64,000 nucleotides of DNA from an uncultured Clostridia bacterium (GCA_947053595.1 CAMRSX010000002.1:39071-103070), one strand, 5' to 3'. Positions 20,606 through 31,545 are shown, numbered from the stretch's first letter. The notes: generated by a model not told the origin, from the letters alone. Numbers and translations are program-made.

Positions 20606-20849
20606 GGCTGAAAATCGGGCGCTTTTTTGCGACTGGGCAAAAATTGAAGTTTGCTTTTTCAAAAAGCAGTGGACAGCAAAATGTCTGCTGCTTTTTTGTT
20701 GCATCAAAAGCAATGGAAAAACAGAGGTATAAAAAATTTAAAATATCTTTAATTTGTTTGACAAATTGGGCGGGAAAATGTAAACTTAAAATGAAGTGAT
20801 TTGCCTTTTCTTTCGCCTGTGAAGGAAAATCGCTTTTTAAGGGGGAATT

Positions 20850-22433
20850 ATGAATTTTATGTTGCTTAATGTCTCTCCTGCCATCGTGTCGATTATTGCA
20901 GTTGCAGTGTTTGTTTTGGGCATTGCGGCTGGACTTGTGGCTTTCAAAATTTACAGCAGCAAAAAGTTGCAAAAAAATAAATCAAATGCCATCAAAATCA
21001 TTGAAGATGCGTATGCAGAAGCAAAGACAATAAAAAAAGAAGCGATGTTTGACATCAAAGAACAATCGCAAATTGAAAAAGACAAAGTTGAACAAGAGGT
21101 TAAAGAGCGCAGAAACGAAGTGCTTAAGCAAGAAGAGCGCCTAAATCAACGCGAGGAATACATCGAGAAAAAAGAGCAAGCGGTTGATAAGAAAAGTGAC
21201 CAACTTGACGAAGAGAAAAAACAAATTCAAGAGATGCGTGCTTTGGTGGAAAAGCTGAAGGACGACGAAGAAAAAGCAAAAGAGCAAATTTTGGAAGAGC
21301 TTGAAAAAGCTTCCAAACTTTCAAAGCAAGAGGCAAAGGATATGCTGATTGCAAACATGCGCAACGATGCGCAAAAAGAGGCGGCTGTCATTGTCAAGAA
21401 AATTGAAGATGACGCAAAAGAAGAGGGAGAAAACAAGGCAAGATGGATTATTGGACAAGCTCTTCAAAGATGCGCAACCGAAACTGTCAGCGAGATGACT
21501 GTTTCTTCAGTGGCTCTTCCAAATGACGAAATGAAAGGCAGAATCATTGGGCGTGAGGGCAGAAACATTCGCGCCATCGAGGCGGCAACGGGTGTGGAAC
21601 TGATTGTGGACGACACTCCAGAAACCATCACCATTTCGGGCTTCGACCCAATCAGGCGTGAGGTTGCAAGGCTGAGTTTGGAAAAACTTATTTCTGACGG
21701 CAGAATTCATCCAACGCGCATTGAGGAGATTGTTGAAAAAATTCAGAAGGATGTTGAAAAAACTTGCAAACAAGCAGGCGAAGAAGCTTGCAACGAAGTG
21801 GGAATTTTCAACCTCAATCCAGAACTTGTGCGCACACTTGGCAGATTGAAATTCCGCACCAGCTATGGGCAAAATGTTTTGAAACACTCCATTGAAACCT
21901 CCATCATTGCTGGGCTTTTGGCAAGCGAGATGGGTGCAAATGTCAAGATTGCAAAACGCGGAGGCTTGCTGCACGACATCGGCAAGGCGCTGGACCACGA
22001 ACTGGAAGGCACACACGTGCAAATTGGTGTGGAACTTGCCAAAAAGTGCGGAGAGAACGACGCAGTTGTGCACTGTATTGAGGCGCATCACTTTAATGTG
22101 GAATTTAAAAGCATTGAGGCAGTGATTGTGCAGGTTGCAGACGCAATTTCCAGCTCCAGACCGGGCGCAAGAAGGGACAGCTTTGAAAATTACATCAAGC
22201 GCTTGCAACAACTGGAAGAAATTGCAAACGGCTTTAAGGGCGTGGACAAATCTTATGCTGTTCAAGCCGGCAGAGAGGTGCGAATTATTGTGAAACCAGA
22301 CCAAATTTCTGACAGCGAAGCAATGTTTATGGCAAAGGAAATTGCAGCAAAAATTGAAAACGAAATGCAATATCCAGGGCAAATTAAGGTGAATGTCATC
22401 CGCGAAAGCAGATATACGGAAACCGCAAAATAA
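20850..22433 (+). CDS. rny: Ribonuclease Y
   Basis: N-terminal TM, coiled coil, KH domain (MKGRIIGREGRNIR), HD domain (LLHDIGK). Confidence 0.97.
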   Translation: MNFMLLNVSPAIVSIIAVAVFVLGIAAGLVAFKIYSSKKLQKNKSNAIKIIEDAYAEAKTIKKEAMFDIKEQSQIEKDKVEQEVKERRNEVLKQEERLNQREEYIEKKEQAVDKKSDQLDEEKKQIQEMRALVEKLKDDEEKAKEQILEELEKASKLSKQEAKDMLIANMRNDAQKEAAVIVKKIEDDAKEEGENKARWIIGQALQRCATETVSEMTVSSVALPNDEMKGRIIGREGRNIRAIEAATGVELIVDDTPETITISGFDPIRREVARLSLEKLISDGRIHPTRIEEIVEKIQKDVEKTCKQAGEEACNEVGIFNLNPELVRTLGRLKFRTSYGQNVLKHSIETSIIAGLLASEMGANVKIAKRGGLLHDIGKALDHELEGTHVQIGVELAKKCGENDAVVHCIEAHHFNVEFKSIEAVIVQVADAISSSRPGARRDSFENYIKRLQQLEEIANGFKGVDKSYAVQAGREVRIIVKPDQISDSEAMFMAKEIAAKIENEMQYPGQIKVNVIRESRYTETAK

Positions 22434-22434
22434 T

Positions 22435-22592
22435 GTGAAAGTGTGCGCCGCGGGCGTGAAAGCGGACAGAGATGTTGGGCGGACATTAGCGCAGCCGCAG
22501 TGCACACGCTGTCATGTTGAGCAAGTGCCTTTAGGCACGCCGTCGAAACATCTTTCTGGCAGCCAACAACCAAATAAGAGCCGCACATTCAT
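22435..22592 (+). ncRNA. Probable 6S RNA (rod-shaped hairpin with central bubble)
   Basis: GC-rich intergenic segment; ends pair (TGAAAGTGTGCG / CGCACATTCA); inner stem CAGAGATGTT..GGCG / CGCC..AACATCTTTCTG; A/C-rich unpaired 3' bubble; immediately after rny. Confidence 0.6.
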
Positions 22593-22638
22593 AAAACTTG
22601 GTTTTTATCACATATAAAAAATATAAAGGAGAAAATTT

Positions 22639-23067
22639 ATGGCAGAAACAAAAAAGAAAACAACAAAAAAGACAACGGCGTCTAAGCCAGTAAAAAAGAC
22701 CACCACCACATCCACCAGCGCTTCAACAACTTCCACATCAACAAACTCAACTTCAACAAAGAAAAGCTGGTCTTCAACAAAGGTGTTGGATTTTGTCAGC
22801 TATTTTGCAATCATCTTCATTGCAATTGCTGTCATTTTGCGCTTGATTTTTCAGTGCATTCACATTGATGATGGCTCGTTGGCAAACACCTTCCAAAGCA
22901 TTGGAGAGTGCATGGCATACATCATCTGCATTTGGCTGGGCTTCTATTGGACACTTCGCAAGTGCCGCAATGGCATCAACAAACACAATGTTTGGTGGCT
23001 GATTGGCTGGGTTGTTGCAACAGTTGTTATTGTTGTGGTTTACATCGTGACATTGCTTAATTTGTAA
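22639..23067 (+). CDS. Hypothetical membrane protein with K/T/S-rich N-terminal tail and 3 TM
   Basis: AAGGAG RBS; low-complexity N-terminus; three hydrophobic segments. Confidence 0.8.
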   Translation: MAETKKKTTKKTTASKPVKKTTTTSTSASTTSTSTNSTSTKKSWSSTKVLDFVSYFAIIFIAIAVILRLIFQCIHIDDGSLANTFQSIGECMAYIICIWLGFYWTLRKCRNGINKHNVWWLIGWVVATVVIVVVYIVTLLNL

Positions 23068-23087
23068 GCACAAAAGAAGGAAAAACT

Positions 23088-23465
23088 ATGCAAAAGATTC
23101 CATACATTGTGACGGCTGTGACAATCATTTTGGCAGCCCTGTTTGCAATTTTAAATCGATTTTGGGCGGATTTTGTTTACTTCACTTTTTCTTGTCTGCT
23201 TCTTTTGGCGCTGTTTTGGGGCGCGTGGCAAATTTTGCAATATTTCACCACTTTTAAGGTGGAATTGCAAGAGCGCTTCAAACTTTATAAGGCGCAAAAG
23301 GTGAACAGTGGAGTTGTCACCAAAGAAGATTTTGAAAAGAACTTGACTGTCTATGAAAAAGACTTCAAAAAAAGAGTTTTAAAAGACAAATTTGTAAAGT
23401 GGTTTGTGATTATGTTTTGCTTTGCGGTGGCAGCAGCCTTTGTGATTGCAATGATTTTGCAATAG
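23088..23465 (+). CDS. Hypothetical membrane protein (3 TM)
   Basis: AAGGA RBS; co-oriented with the previous gene; hairpin terminator at ~23505-23542. Confidence 0.75.
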   Translation: MQKIPYIVTAVTIILAALFAILNRFWADFVYFTFSCLLLLALFWGAWQILQYFTTFKVELQERFKLYKAQKVNSGVVTKEDFEKNLTVYEKDFKKRVLKDKFVKWFVIMFCFAVAAAFVIAMILQ

Positions 23466-23638
23466 GCTTTTCCAAGTGCGCTTTTGCAACAATTTAAAAA
23501 CATGATAAAAAACGGTCAATCGGTGTGATTGATTGTTTTTTTGTCGAAAATGCAACATATATGCGGTTTTGCAAATAATTCGCTTTGAAGTTGAAGAAAA
23601 ATTTGATATAATTTAGTTGTATTTTTGAGGTGTTGAGA

Positions 23639-25180
23639 ATGTTATCAAAAGTTTTGAGTTATGGTTTGGCAGGCATTGATGGATTTGTTGTGAACATTGA
23701 AACAGACATCGTGGGTGGAGTTCCGCGCTTTGACATTGTTGGATTGGGCGACACCGCTGTGAAAGAAGCCAAAGACAGAGTGAAGGCTGCCATAAGAAAT
23801 TCGGGCTTTGAATATCCAACCAAGCATTACACAATCAACCTTGCGCCGGCAGACATCAAGAAGGAAGGTCCACTTTATGACCTTGGAATTGCCGTTGGCA
23901 TCATGACGGCGTCAAACCAAATTAAGAACAAAAAATTTGTGGACTACATATTTGTTGGCGAGCTTTCTTTGGACGGTTCTTTAAAAAAAGTGCGCGGCGT
24001 GCTTCCAATTTTAATCAGTGCCAGAGCGCTTGGCAACAAGAAAGTCATCATTCCGCACGAAAACGCAGAGGAGGCAAAATTTATTGACGGCATGAAAATT
24101 TATGCCTTCAGAAATTTGAAAGAAGTGGTGGAGTTTTTGCAGGATGGCTATGATGAAGACATTCCTTCTTTAAAAACAAAAAACTTTGATGAGGTTTCAA
24201 AAGCCTTGTGCAACAAGCTGGATTTTGAAAATGTGAAGGGGCAAACTCAGGCAAAAAGGGCGCTGGAAATTGCGGCAGCAGGCGGACATAATGTGCTTAT
24301 GATTGGTCCTCCGGGCAGCGGAAAAAGCATGCTTGCAAAGTGTTTTTCGGGCATTTTGCCAGACTTGACCTTTGAAGAAGCTTTGGAAGTGACAAAAATT
24401 CACTCCATTGCAGGGGAGCTGGATTTGTCCAAAGGCATCATCACAGAAAGGCCATTTCGCTCGCCACATCACACTGCTTCAGCGGTGAGTTTGACGGGTG
24501 GCGGCACAAACAGCAAACCGGGAGAAATCAGTTTGGCGCATAATGGTGTGCTTTATTTGGACGAGTTTCCAGAATATTCCAGACAGCTGATTGAAACACT
24601 CAGGCAGCCACTGGAGGACGGCAACATCACTGTTGCGCGCGCCAATCAGACGGTGACATATCCTTCTTCTTTCACGCTGATTGCCAGCATGAACCCTTGC
24701 CCTTGTGGCAACTTTGGCGCCAAAAACAGAGAGTGCAAGTGTACGCCTGTGCAAATTCATAAATATCTCTCCAAAATTTCTGGGCCAATCATGGACAGAA
24801 TTGACATTCAAGTGGAGGTGGACAACATCTCTTATGGCGAGCTTAACAGCAATCAAAAGGCGGAAAGCTCTGCCAGCATCAAGACAAGAGTGGACAGGGC
24901 AAGGCAGGTGCAAATTGCGCGCTTTGCTGGCACACAAACTTTTTCTAATGCCAAGATGAGTGTGCCACAGATGAAGAAATTTTGCACCCTTTCCAAGGAT
25001 TGTCAATTTCTTATGGAGCAAGCCTTCACAAATTTGAAACTTAGCGCGCGTGCGCACGACCGAATTTTGAAGGTGGCGCGCACCATTGCCGACCTTGAAG
25101 GGCAAAGTGAAATCTTGCCACAGCACATTGCCGAGGCCATTTCATATCGTGGGCTGGACAGAAAATATTGGGGGATTTAA
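23639..25180 (+). CDS. comM: ComM/YifB Mg-chelatase-like AAA+ ATPase
   Basis: IVGLGDTAVKE, INLAPAD, GPPGSGKSM, RPFRSPHHT, GEISLAHNGVLYLDE, MNPCPCG; upstream of dprA. Confidence 0.93.
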   Translation: MLSKVLSYGLAGIDGFVVNIETDIVGGVPRFDIVGLGDTAVKEAKDRVKAAIRNSGFEYPTKHYTINLAPADIKKEGPLYDLGIAVGIMTASNQIKNKKFVDYIFVGELSLDGSLKKVRGVLPILISARALGNKKVIIPHENAEEAKFIDGMKIYAFRNLKEVVEFLQDGYDEDIPSLKTKNFDEVSKALCNKLDFENVKGQTQAKRALEIAAAGGHNVLMIGPPGSGKSMLAKCFSGILPDLTFEEALEVTKIHSIAGELDLSKGIITERPFRSPHHTASAVSLTGGGTNSKPGEISLAHNGVLYLDEFPEYSRQLIETLRQPLEDGNITVARANQTVTYPSSFTLIASMNPCPCGNFGAKNRECKCTPVQIHKYLSKISGPIMDRIDIQVEVDNISYGELNSNQKAESSASIKTRVDRARQVQIARFAGTQTFSNAKMSVPQMKKFCTLSKDCQFLMEQAFTNLKLSARAHDRILKVARTIADLEGQSEILPQHIAEAISYRGLDRKYWGI

Positions 25181-25186
25181 GGAAAG

Positions 25187-26275
25187 ATGAATGAAAAAAA
25201 GATGAATGAAATTGAAAAGTTTTTGATTTTCATGTCTTTCAATGAAATTCCAAACAAAAAGCAAGAAACTTTGCTTGAGTTGTTGGAAGATTTTGATTTG
25301 GAGCATGCTTTGTCAAATCCAAAAATGAAAAGCGTGCTTTCGTCAGAAGAGATGCTTAAACTTCTCAAGAATTATGACCCAAGGCAGCTTAACAGCACCA
25401 TTGAAAATATGCTTAAGTGTGGCATTGCAATTGTGACAATCTTTTCGGAGAACTATCCGCAAACTTTGTTTGACTTGCCAGAGCGTCCACTGATTTTGTA
25501 TGCCAAAGGGAATTTGTCACTGCTGAAAGAAAAATGCTTGGCTGTTGTTGGCACAAGAAATCCAACCGCATATGGCAAGCTTGTCACTGAACGGTTTTCC
25601 AAAAAAGTGGCAGAGAGTGGGGTGGTGATTGTCAGTGGGCTTTGCTATGGCGTGGATGCCATTGCGCATCGCGCAGCCTTGGATGTTGGCGGCAAGACAA
25701 TTGCCGTCATTGCTGGCGGATTCAATCACATATATCCAGCCACAAACTTCAATTTGGGAAAGGAAATTGCAGAAAAAGGGCTGCTGCTTTCTGAATATCC
25801 ACCTTCGTTTGAGCCAAAAAGATACACTTTTCCAAAGCGTAACAGAATTATTGCGGGCATCAGCGCGGCCGTGCTTATCACCGAAGCGGGCATCAGAAGC
25901 GGCACGCTTCACACCAAGGAATATGCCTTGGAATATGGCAGAGATATGTTTGCCATTCCGGGCAACATAACCAGCGACAAAAGCGATTTGCCAAACGACC
26001 TTATAAGCAGCGGTCAGGCAGACGGCATTGTCAGCCCAGAGCAGATTGTCAAATATTTTGGAATGCAGTCAAAACCCATTCAAAACAAGTTTGTTGGGCT
26101 TTCCTTTGAAGAGCAAGAAATTGTCAATCTTTTGGAGCAAGGAGAACAAAATTTTGATTTTTTGGCAGATAATTCCAAAATTCCTGTCAATATTTTGAAC
26201 AGTTGTTTGACAACTTTGGAAATTCGTGGTTTAATAAGAAAGTTGCCATCGCAAATGTATGGCCTCTTGATTTAA
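25187..26275 (+). CDS. dprA: DNA-processing protein DprA
   Basis: AVVGTR, IVSGLCYGVD, FPKRNRIIAG, C-terminal winged helix. Confidence 0.95.
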   Translation: MNEKKMNEIEKFLIFMSFNEIPNKKQETLLELLEDFDLEHALSNPKMKSVLSSEEMLKLLKNYDPRQLNSTIENMLKCGIAIVTIFSENYPQTLFDLPERPLILYAKGNLSLLKEKCLAVVGTRNPTAYGKLVTERFSKKVAESGVVIVSGLCYGVDAIAHRAALDVGGKTIAVIAGGFNHIYPATNFNLGKEIAEKGLLLSEYPPSFEPKRYTFPKRNRIIAGISAAVLITEAGIRSGTLHTKEYALEYGRDMFAIPGNITSDKSDLPNDLISSGQADGIVSPEQIVKYFGMQSKPIQNKFVGLSFEEQEIVNLLEQGEQNFDFLADNSKIPVNILNSCLTTLEIRGLIRKLPSQMYGLLI

Positions 26276-26311
26276 GAAAAATTAATATTAATTCAATAAA
26301 GGAGTTTTATT

Positions 26312-28381
26312 TTGAAACTTGTTGTCATTGAAGCCCCAGCAAAAAGGGACACTTTAAAGAAATATTTGGGAAGTGGTTTTGAAGTTTTTGCAACCAAAGG
26401 TCACATTCGCGACTTGCCCGCAAAATCTTTTGCCATCGACCTCAACAACAACTTTGAACCTCACTATGAAATTAACCCAGACAAAAAACAGTTGATTGCC
26501 GACCTGAAACGAAAGGCAAGCGATGCAGACGAAATTTTGATTGCAACCGACCCCGACCGCGAAGGCGAGGCAATTTCTTGGCATGTTGCGCATGTGTTGG
26601 GGCTGGACCCAAACACCAAGTGCCGCATTCAGTTTAACGAAATTTCCAAAAAAGCGGTCATCAAGGCTTTGTCAGAGCCAAGAACCATTGATTTAAACCT
26701 TGTGAATGCTCAGCAGGCACGAAGGGTTATGGACAGAATTGTGGGCTATAAACTTTCTCCAATTCTTTCCAAAAAAATTGCACCAAAGCTGTCTGCAGGA
26801 AGGGTGCAATCGGTTGCCCTTAAACTTGTGGTGGAAAGAGAAATTGAAATTGAAAACTTCAAGCCAGAGGAATATTGGGTTGTTACAGCGTCACACGAGA
26901 AAGACAAGATTGCCTTCAAATCCACCCTCACTTCTTTCAAAAACAAAAAGGTGAAATTGGCAAATCGCGAAGAGGTGGACAAGGCACTTGCCTTAATTAA
27001 AAATTCGGATTTTGTTGTTGGCAGTGTCAAGAAAACCAAAACAAAATCTCATGCTCCTGCGCCATTCACCACCAGCACAATGCAGCAAGATGCACTCAAC
27101 AAATTGGGCATGAGTTTGAAACGCACAACTTCTTCGGCTCAAGAGCTTTATGAGGGCGTGGAAGTGAAGGGCGAGGGGAAAATTGCGCTTATCACTTACA
27201 TCAGAACAGACTCCACCCGTGTTTCAGTCGAGGCGCAAGCGGCGTGTCGAGAGTTTATCACAGAAAAATATGGCAAAAACTTTGTGCCAGAAAAGCCAAA
27301 CATATATGCCAGCAAAAAGAACGCTCAGGATGCGCACGAAGCCATTAGGCCAATTTCCATGCAAATCACGCCAGAGTTGGTGAAGGATTCTTTAACCAAA
27401 GACAATTATCGTCTTTATAAACTGATTTACGAGCGCTTCATTGCCAGCCAAATGAGCGAAGCGGAATATTCCAATGTGAATGTGACCATTAATGCGGGCG
27501 AATATGGCTTTAAAGCGGTTGGAAAAACCTTGGAATTTGCTGGCTTCACGGCGGTGTATAAAGAGTGGTCGGAAGACGAAAAGCAAGACATCTCAAAACT
27601 TCCTGTTTTGGAAGAGAACGAAAAAGTGGAAGTTAAGGAAATCAAGGAAGAGCAAAAGTTCACCAAACCACCTGCAAGGTTCACCGAAGCAAGTTTGGTG
27701 AAGGCAATGGAAGAGAAGGGGATTGGGCGTCCTGCAACCTATGCTGCAACCATCACCATTCTCACTGCAAGAAACTATTGCACAAAGGACGGAAGATATC
27801 TTGTGCCAACAGACCTTGGAAGAAAAATCACTGAATATTTGGAAAAGTTTTTCAACAGTGTCATCAATGTCAAATTCACCGCGCACATGGAAAACAGGCT
27901 GGACGACATTGCCGAAAACAAAGACGAGTGGCACGGCGTGATTGACAGCTTTTGGAATGGCTTTAGTGGGCTTTTGTCCAAAGCGGACGCCAGCAGCCTC
28001 ACCATGAAAACTCCACCTGTTGAAACAGACATCTTGTGCGAAAAGTGTGGAAACAAAATGCTGATTCGCGAAGGCAGATATGGCAAATTTTTGGGCTGTT
28101 CAAATTTTCCTAAGTGCAAAAATGTCAAGCCTTATGAAACCGAAGAGAAAAAGCCTGCCAGCAAGTGCCCAATGTGCGGAAAAAATGTGTTTGCACTCAA
28201 AACCAAGCACGGAAAAACTTTCTTTGCTTGCGAAGACAGAGAAGGATGCAATTTTATGAGCTGGGATTTGCCAACAGGCACGCTCTGTCCAAACTGCGGC
28301 AAAGCGCTTGTAAGAAAGGGCAAGAGCGTTGTTAAGTGCTCTGCTTGTGACTATAAGGTGGAAGAAGAAATTAGTGATTGA
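26312..28381 (+). CDS. topA: DNA topoisomerase I
   Basis: TOPRIM (ATDPDREGE), SAGRVQS, ITYIRTDS, GIGRPATY, C-terminal zinc ribbons; TTG start. Confidence 0.98.
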   Translation: MKLVVIEAPAKRDTLKKYLGSGFEVFATKGHIRDLPAKSFAIDLNNNFEPHYEINPDKKQLIADLKRKASDADEILIATDPDREGEAISWHVAHVLGLDPNTKCRIQFNEISKKAVIKALSEPRTIDLNLVNAQQARRVMDRIVGYKLSPILSKKIAPKLSAGRVQSVALKLVVEREIEIENFKPEEYWVVTASHEKDKIAFKSTLTSFKNKKVKLANREEVDKALALIKNSDFVVGSVKKTKTKSHAPAPFTTSTMQQDALNKLGMSLKRTTSSAQELYEGVEVKGEGKIALITYIRTDSTRVSVEAQAACREFITEKYGKNFVPEKPNIYASKKNAQDAHEAIRPISMQITPELVKDSLTKDNYRLYKLIYERFIASQMSEAEYSNVNVTINAGEYGFKAVGKTLEFAGFTAVYKEWSEDEKQDISKLPVLEENEKVEVKEIKEEQKFTKPPARFTEASLVKAMEEKGIGRPATYAATITILTARNYCTKDGRYLVPTDLGRKITEYLEKFFNSVINVKFTAHMENRLDDIAENKDEWHGVIDSFWNGFSGLLSKADASSLTMKTPPVETDILCEKCGNKMLIREGRYGKFLGCSNFPKCKNVKPYETEEKKPASKCPMCGKNVFALKTKHGKTFFACEDREGCNFMSWDLPTGTLCPNCGKALVRKGKSVVKCSACDYKVEEEISD

Positions 28382-29630
28382 AGCATTAAAGTCTAAGTTT
28401 TCAAAAAAACCAATCAAAGTTGTGGGTTGTGGCTTGGCAGGGGCAGAAGTTGCCTTAATTCTTGCCAACAATGGCTTTGATGTGCATATTTTTGACGACG
28501 GAAACAACAGGCCAAAAACCAATTTTGGATATTACAGCAAATTTGAAACTTTTATGACGGAAAACATGCAAAGTGAGTTGAACTTTTTGGGCAGCCCACT
28601 TTTATCAATCGCCAAAAAGCACGATTTTCACAACTTTGGCTTTGAATATGACGAAAATTTTATGTTTGCTGTCAGAAAACATCTGGAAAGCAATCCAAAA
28701 ATAAAAATTTTCAGCGCAACGATAGACCAGCTTAATCTGGCGGAAACCACCATTCTTGCAACAGGGCACAACACCAATCCCAAGCTTTTGCAAGAGCTGG
28801 AAAACTATGTTGAAAAAAAGAGGATTTGCTTTTTTCACCCAGAAAAAATGATTTTGGATGCCGCAAGCGTCAATTTGGAAAAACTGAATTTTGTTTCAGA
28901 AACGGAGTGTTATGCCAATCTTTCTGAAGAGGAATATGACGCTGTTTGTGAAAAGATTTTGGCTTATGACCAGCACTATCACGCAAGTGAAAACAGCGAA
29001 AAACAACAAATCACCGTGGAAGGCATCCTAAAGCGGGGGAAAGCCGCCTTGAGAAACTCCATCATGCGACCTCATTTTGACGAGCGCTCTCGATGCTATG
29101 CAAGCTTGAAACTCACTTACAATCCGCATCAAAAAATCTTGATTTTGGACGATTTTTGCTCGGCTCTGGATGAAGAAGAACAGCAACAGATTGTTTGGAC
29201 AATTTTGGCGCTTAAGGGCTGCCAAATTTTGCAACACAGCGCCGTTTGTCAGCGCACTTATCTGCTTGCGCCATCTTGCTTAAACAATCATTTGCAAATT
29301 TGCGAGCACCTCTATGTGTGCGGAGGGCTTTGCGGCACGGCTGGCAGTTTTGAAAGCTTGCTTTTGGCAAACTATTGCGCATACAGGGTGATTTGCGATT
29401 TGAAAGGCTCTGTTGGGGCGCATTTGCTGCTGGAAAACACTTGCATTGGGCGAATTCTCAACAATTTGCTGGAAAAAAGTGTGATAAAATTTAGGTTATT
29501 TAATCTCAAATATGATATAATGAATGAGAAAGACTTTGAAAGATTTAAAAAGGAAGTGGCTGTTCAAACATTCCTTTCAAAATCCCAAGTTGAAAAATTT
29601 AAGGAGAAGTTTTATGGAAAGTATTTTTAA
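28374..29630 (+). CDS. trmFO: Degenerate TrmFO (Gid)-like FAD-binding protein lacking catalytic motifs
   Basis: Syntenic topA-x-hslV position; [12 protein letters not shown] dinucleotide fold, ILATG, LSEEEY; ELVCSNS and YLNCP motifs absent; GTG start overlapping the topA stop. Confidence 0.75.
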   Translation: MIEALKSKFSKKPIKVVGCGLAGAEVALILANNGFDVHIFDDGNNRPKTNFGYYSKFETFMTENMQSELNFLGSPLLSIAKKHDFHNFGFEYDENFMFAVRKHLESNPKIKIFSATIDQLNLAETTILATGHNTNPKLLQELENYVEKKRICFFHPEKMILDAASVNLEKLNFVSETECYANLSEEEYDAVCEKILAYDQHYHASENSEKQQITVEGILKRGKAALRNSIMRPHFDERSRCYASLKLTYNPHQKILILDDFCSALDEEEQQQIVWTILALKGCQILQHSAVCQRTYLLAPSCLNNHLQICEHLYVCGGLCGTAGSFESLLLANYCAYRVICDLKGSVGAHLLLENTCIGRILNNLLEKSVIKFRLFNLKYDIMNEKDFERFKKEVAVQTFLSKSQVEKFKEKFYGKYF

Positions 29631-30153
29631 GGGCACAACCATCTGCGCAGTTAAAAAAGATGGCAAGATTGCCATTGCTGGCGATGGACAAGTGACGATG
29701 CAAAACAGCATAATCTTCAAGGGCAACGCAAAGAAAGTCAGAAGAATTTACAACAACAAGGTTTTAATTGGCTTTGCTGGCTCTGTTGCTGACGCTTTCA
29801 GTTTGAGTGAAAGATTTGAAGGCATGCTCAACAAGTTTTCTGGCAATCTCATGAGAAGTGCGGTGGAGTTGGCGCAAACTTGGAGAGAAGACAAGGCTGG
29901 GCGTCAGCTGGAAGCACTTATGATTGTTGCTGACAAAAATCAGATTTTGATTTTGGACGGCTCTGGGAACGTGATTGAGCCTCAAGACGGCGTTTGCGCC
30001 ATTGGCTCTGGCGGAAACTATGCGCTGGCTGCTGCAAGGGCATTGATTCAAAACACCACTTACAGCGCGGAAGAAGTGGCATTTAAGGCGCTTAAAATTG
30101 CCAGTGAAATTTGTGTTTTCACCAACGAAAACATCATAGTGGAAACATTTTAA
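29614..30153 (+). CDS. hslV: ATP-dependent protease subunit HslV (ClpQ)
   Basis: TTICAV catalytic Thr, [24 protein letters not shown]; AAGGAG RBS. Confidence 0.97.
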   Translation: MESIFKGTTICAVKKDGKIAIAGDGQVTMQNSIIFKGNAKKVRRIYNNKVLIGFAGSVADAFSLSERFEGMLNKFSGNLMRSAVELAQTWREDKAGRQLEALMIVADKNQILILDGSGNVIEPQDGVCAIGSGGNYALAAARALIQNTTYSAEEVAFKALKIASEICVFTNENIIVETF

Positions 30154-30162
30154 GGAGGAATT

Positions 30163-31458
30163 ATGAATTTTACACCAAAACAGGTTGTAACAGAATTGGA
30201 CAAATATATCATCGGTCAAAACAAGGCAAAAAAGGCTGTGGCTGTGGCGCTTAGAAATCGCTATCGCCGAAGCAGACTGCCAGAAGATGTGAGGGAAGAA
30301 ATCACTCCAAAAAACATTGTGATGAGTGGCCCAACAGGTGTTGGTAAGACAGAAATTGCAAGGCGTTTGGCAAAGCTGGTTGGCTCGCCATTTGTGAAAG
30401 TGGAAGCCACAAAATACACAGAAGTTGGCTATGTTGGCCGCGATGTTGAAAGTATGATTCGTGACCTTGTTGAAGTTGCCGTAAGAATGGTTAAGGACAA
30501 CAAGAAAAAAGAAGTTGAAGCCAAGGTTTTGCCAATTGTGGAAAACAAAATTGTGGATGCGCTCTTTCAAAACAGAAGGGTGACATCGGTGGATGTGGAC
30601 CGTGAGGCGCTGATTAAAGAGCTGCATGACGGCAAGTGCGAAGACGAAATGGTGGAGGTTGTGGTTTTGGACGCGCCAAAGCCAATGATGGCTTTTGGGG
30701 GAAACGAAATCAACTTGGGCTCGATGTTTGAGGGGCTGACACCTCCAAAGCACAAAAAGAAAAAACTTTCTGTGCGCCATGCGCGTGAAATTCTGCTGCA
30801 AGAAGAATCGGACAAAATCATTGACATGGACAATGTCAACGAGGAAGCCATTGCTTTGGCGGAAGAGCAAGGCATCATCTTCATTGATGAAATTGATAAA
30901 ATCATTGGAAAAAGCCAAGCCACCAACAGTGCAGATGTTTCCAGAGAAGGAGTTCAGCGGGACATTCTTCCAATTGTGGAAGGCAGCACCGTTGCAACCA
31001 AATATGGCAATGTCAAAACCGATTTCATCCTTTTTATTGCGGCAGGCGCTTTTCATGTTTCCAAAATGGAGGACATGATTCCAGAGCTTCAGGGGCGTTT
31101 CCCAATTAGGGTGGAACTGGAAAGCTTGACAAAGGAAGACTTCAAAAAAATTCTGACAACTCCAAAAAATGCTGTCACTGTGCAATACAGCAACATGCTG
31201 AAAGTGGACAACATCAATTTGGTGTTTATGGACGATGCGTTGGATGAAATTGCCGAAATGGCAGAGCGCGAAAATGAAACAAGTGAAGATTTGGGCGCAA
31301 GAAGGTTGCACACAATCATGGAAACTGTTTTGGAAGATGTGTCGTTCAACGCCACTGGTGAGCATCCAATGCTGGATGTGATTATTGACAAAACCTATGT
31401 CAAAAATGTGTTTAAGGACAGAGAACAAAAATATGACCTCAAAAAATATGTGCTTTAA
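30163..31458 (+). CDS. hslU: ATP-dependent protease ATPase HslU (ClpY)
   Basis: GPTGVGKTEIARRLA, GYVGRDVES, PELQGRFPIRVEL, GARRLHT. Confidence 0.98.
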   Translation: MNFTPKQVVTELDKYIIGQNKAKKAVAVALRNRYRRSRLPEDVREEITPKNIVMSGPTGVGKTEIARRLAKLVGSPFVKVEATKYTEVGYVGRDVESMIRDLVEVAVRMVKDNKKKEVEAKVLPIVENKIVDALFQNRRVTSVDVDREALIKELHDGKCEDEMVEVVVLDAPKPMMAFGGNEINLGSMFEGLTPPKHKKKKLSVRHAREILLQEESDKIIDMDNVNEEAIALAEEQGIIFIDEIDKIIGKSQATNSADVSREGVQRDILPIVEGSTVATKYGNVKTDFILFIAAGAFHVSKMEDMIPELQGRFPIRVELESLTKEDFKKILTTPKNAVTVQYSNMLKVDNINLVFMDDALDEIAEMAERENETSEDLGARRLHTIMETVLEDVSFNATGEHPMLDVIIDKTYVKNVFKDREQKYDLKKYVL

Positions 31459-31470
31459 TGTAATTAAAAA

Positions 31471-31530
31471 AAACAATATAATGTGGTGGTATGCAGAAAA
31501 ATTGTCGCATAACACCACAACATCTTGATT
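31471..31530. repeat. Dispersed paired-palindrome element, copy 5 (spacing 44)
   Basis: AAACAATATAATGTGG-TGGTATGCA-N10-CGCATAACA-CCACAACATCTTGATT between hslU and tcdA. Confidence 0.85.
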
Positions 31531-31545
31531 GACAAGGAAAGGCTT

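Noticed and set aside
28374-29630. trmFO as a pseudogene
   Set aside because: Reading frame is intact and near full length, overlapping both neighbours
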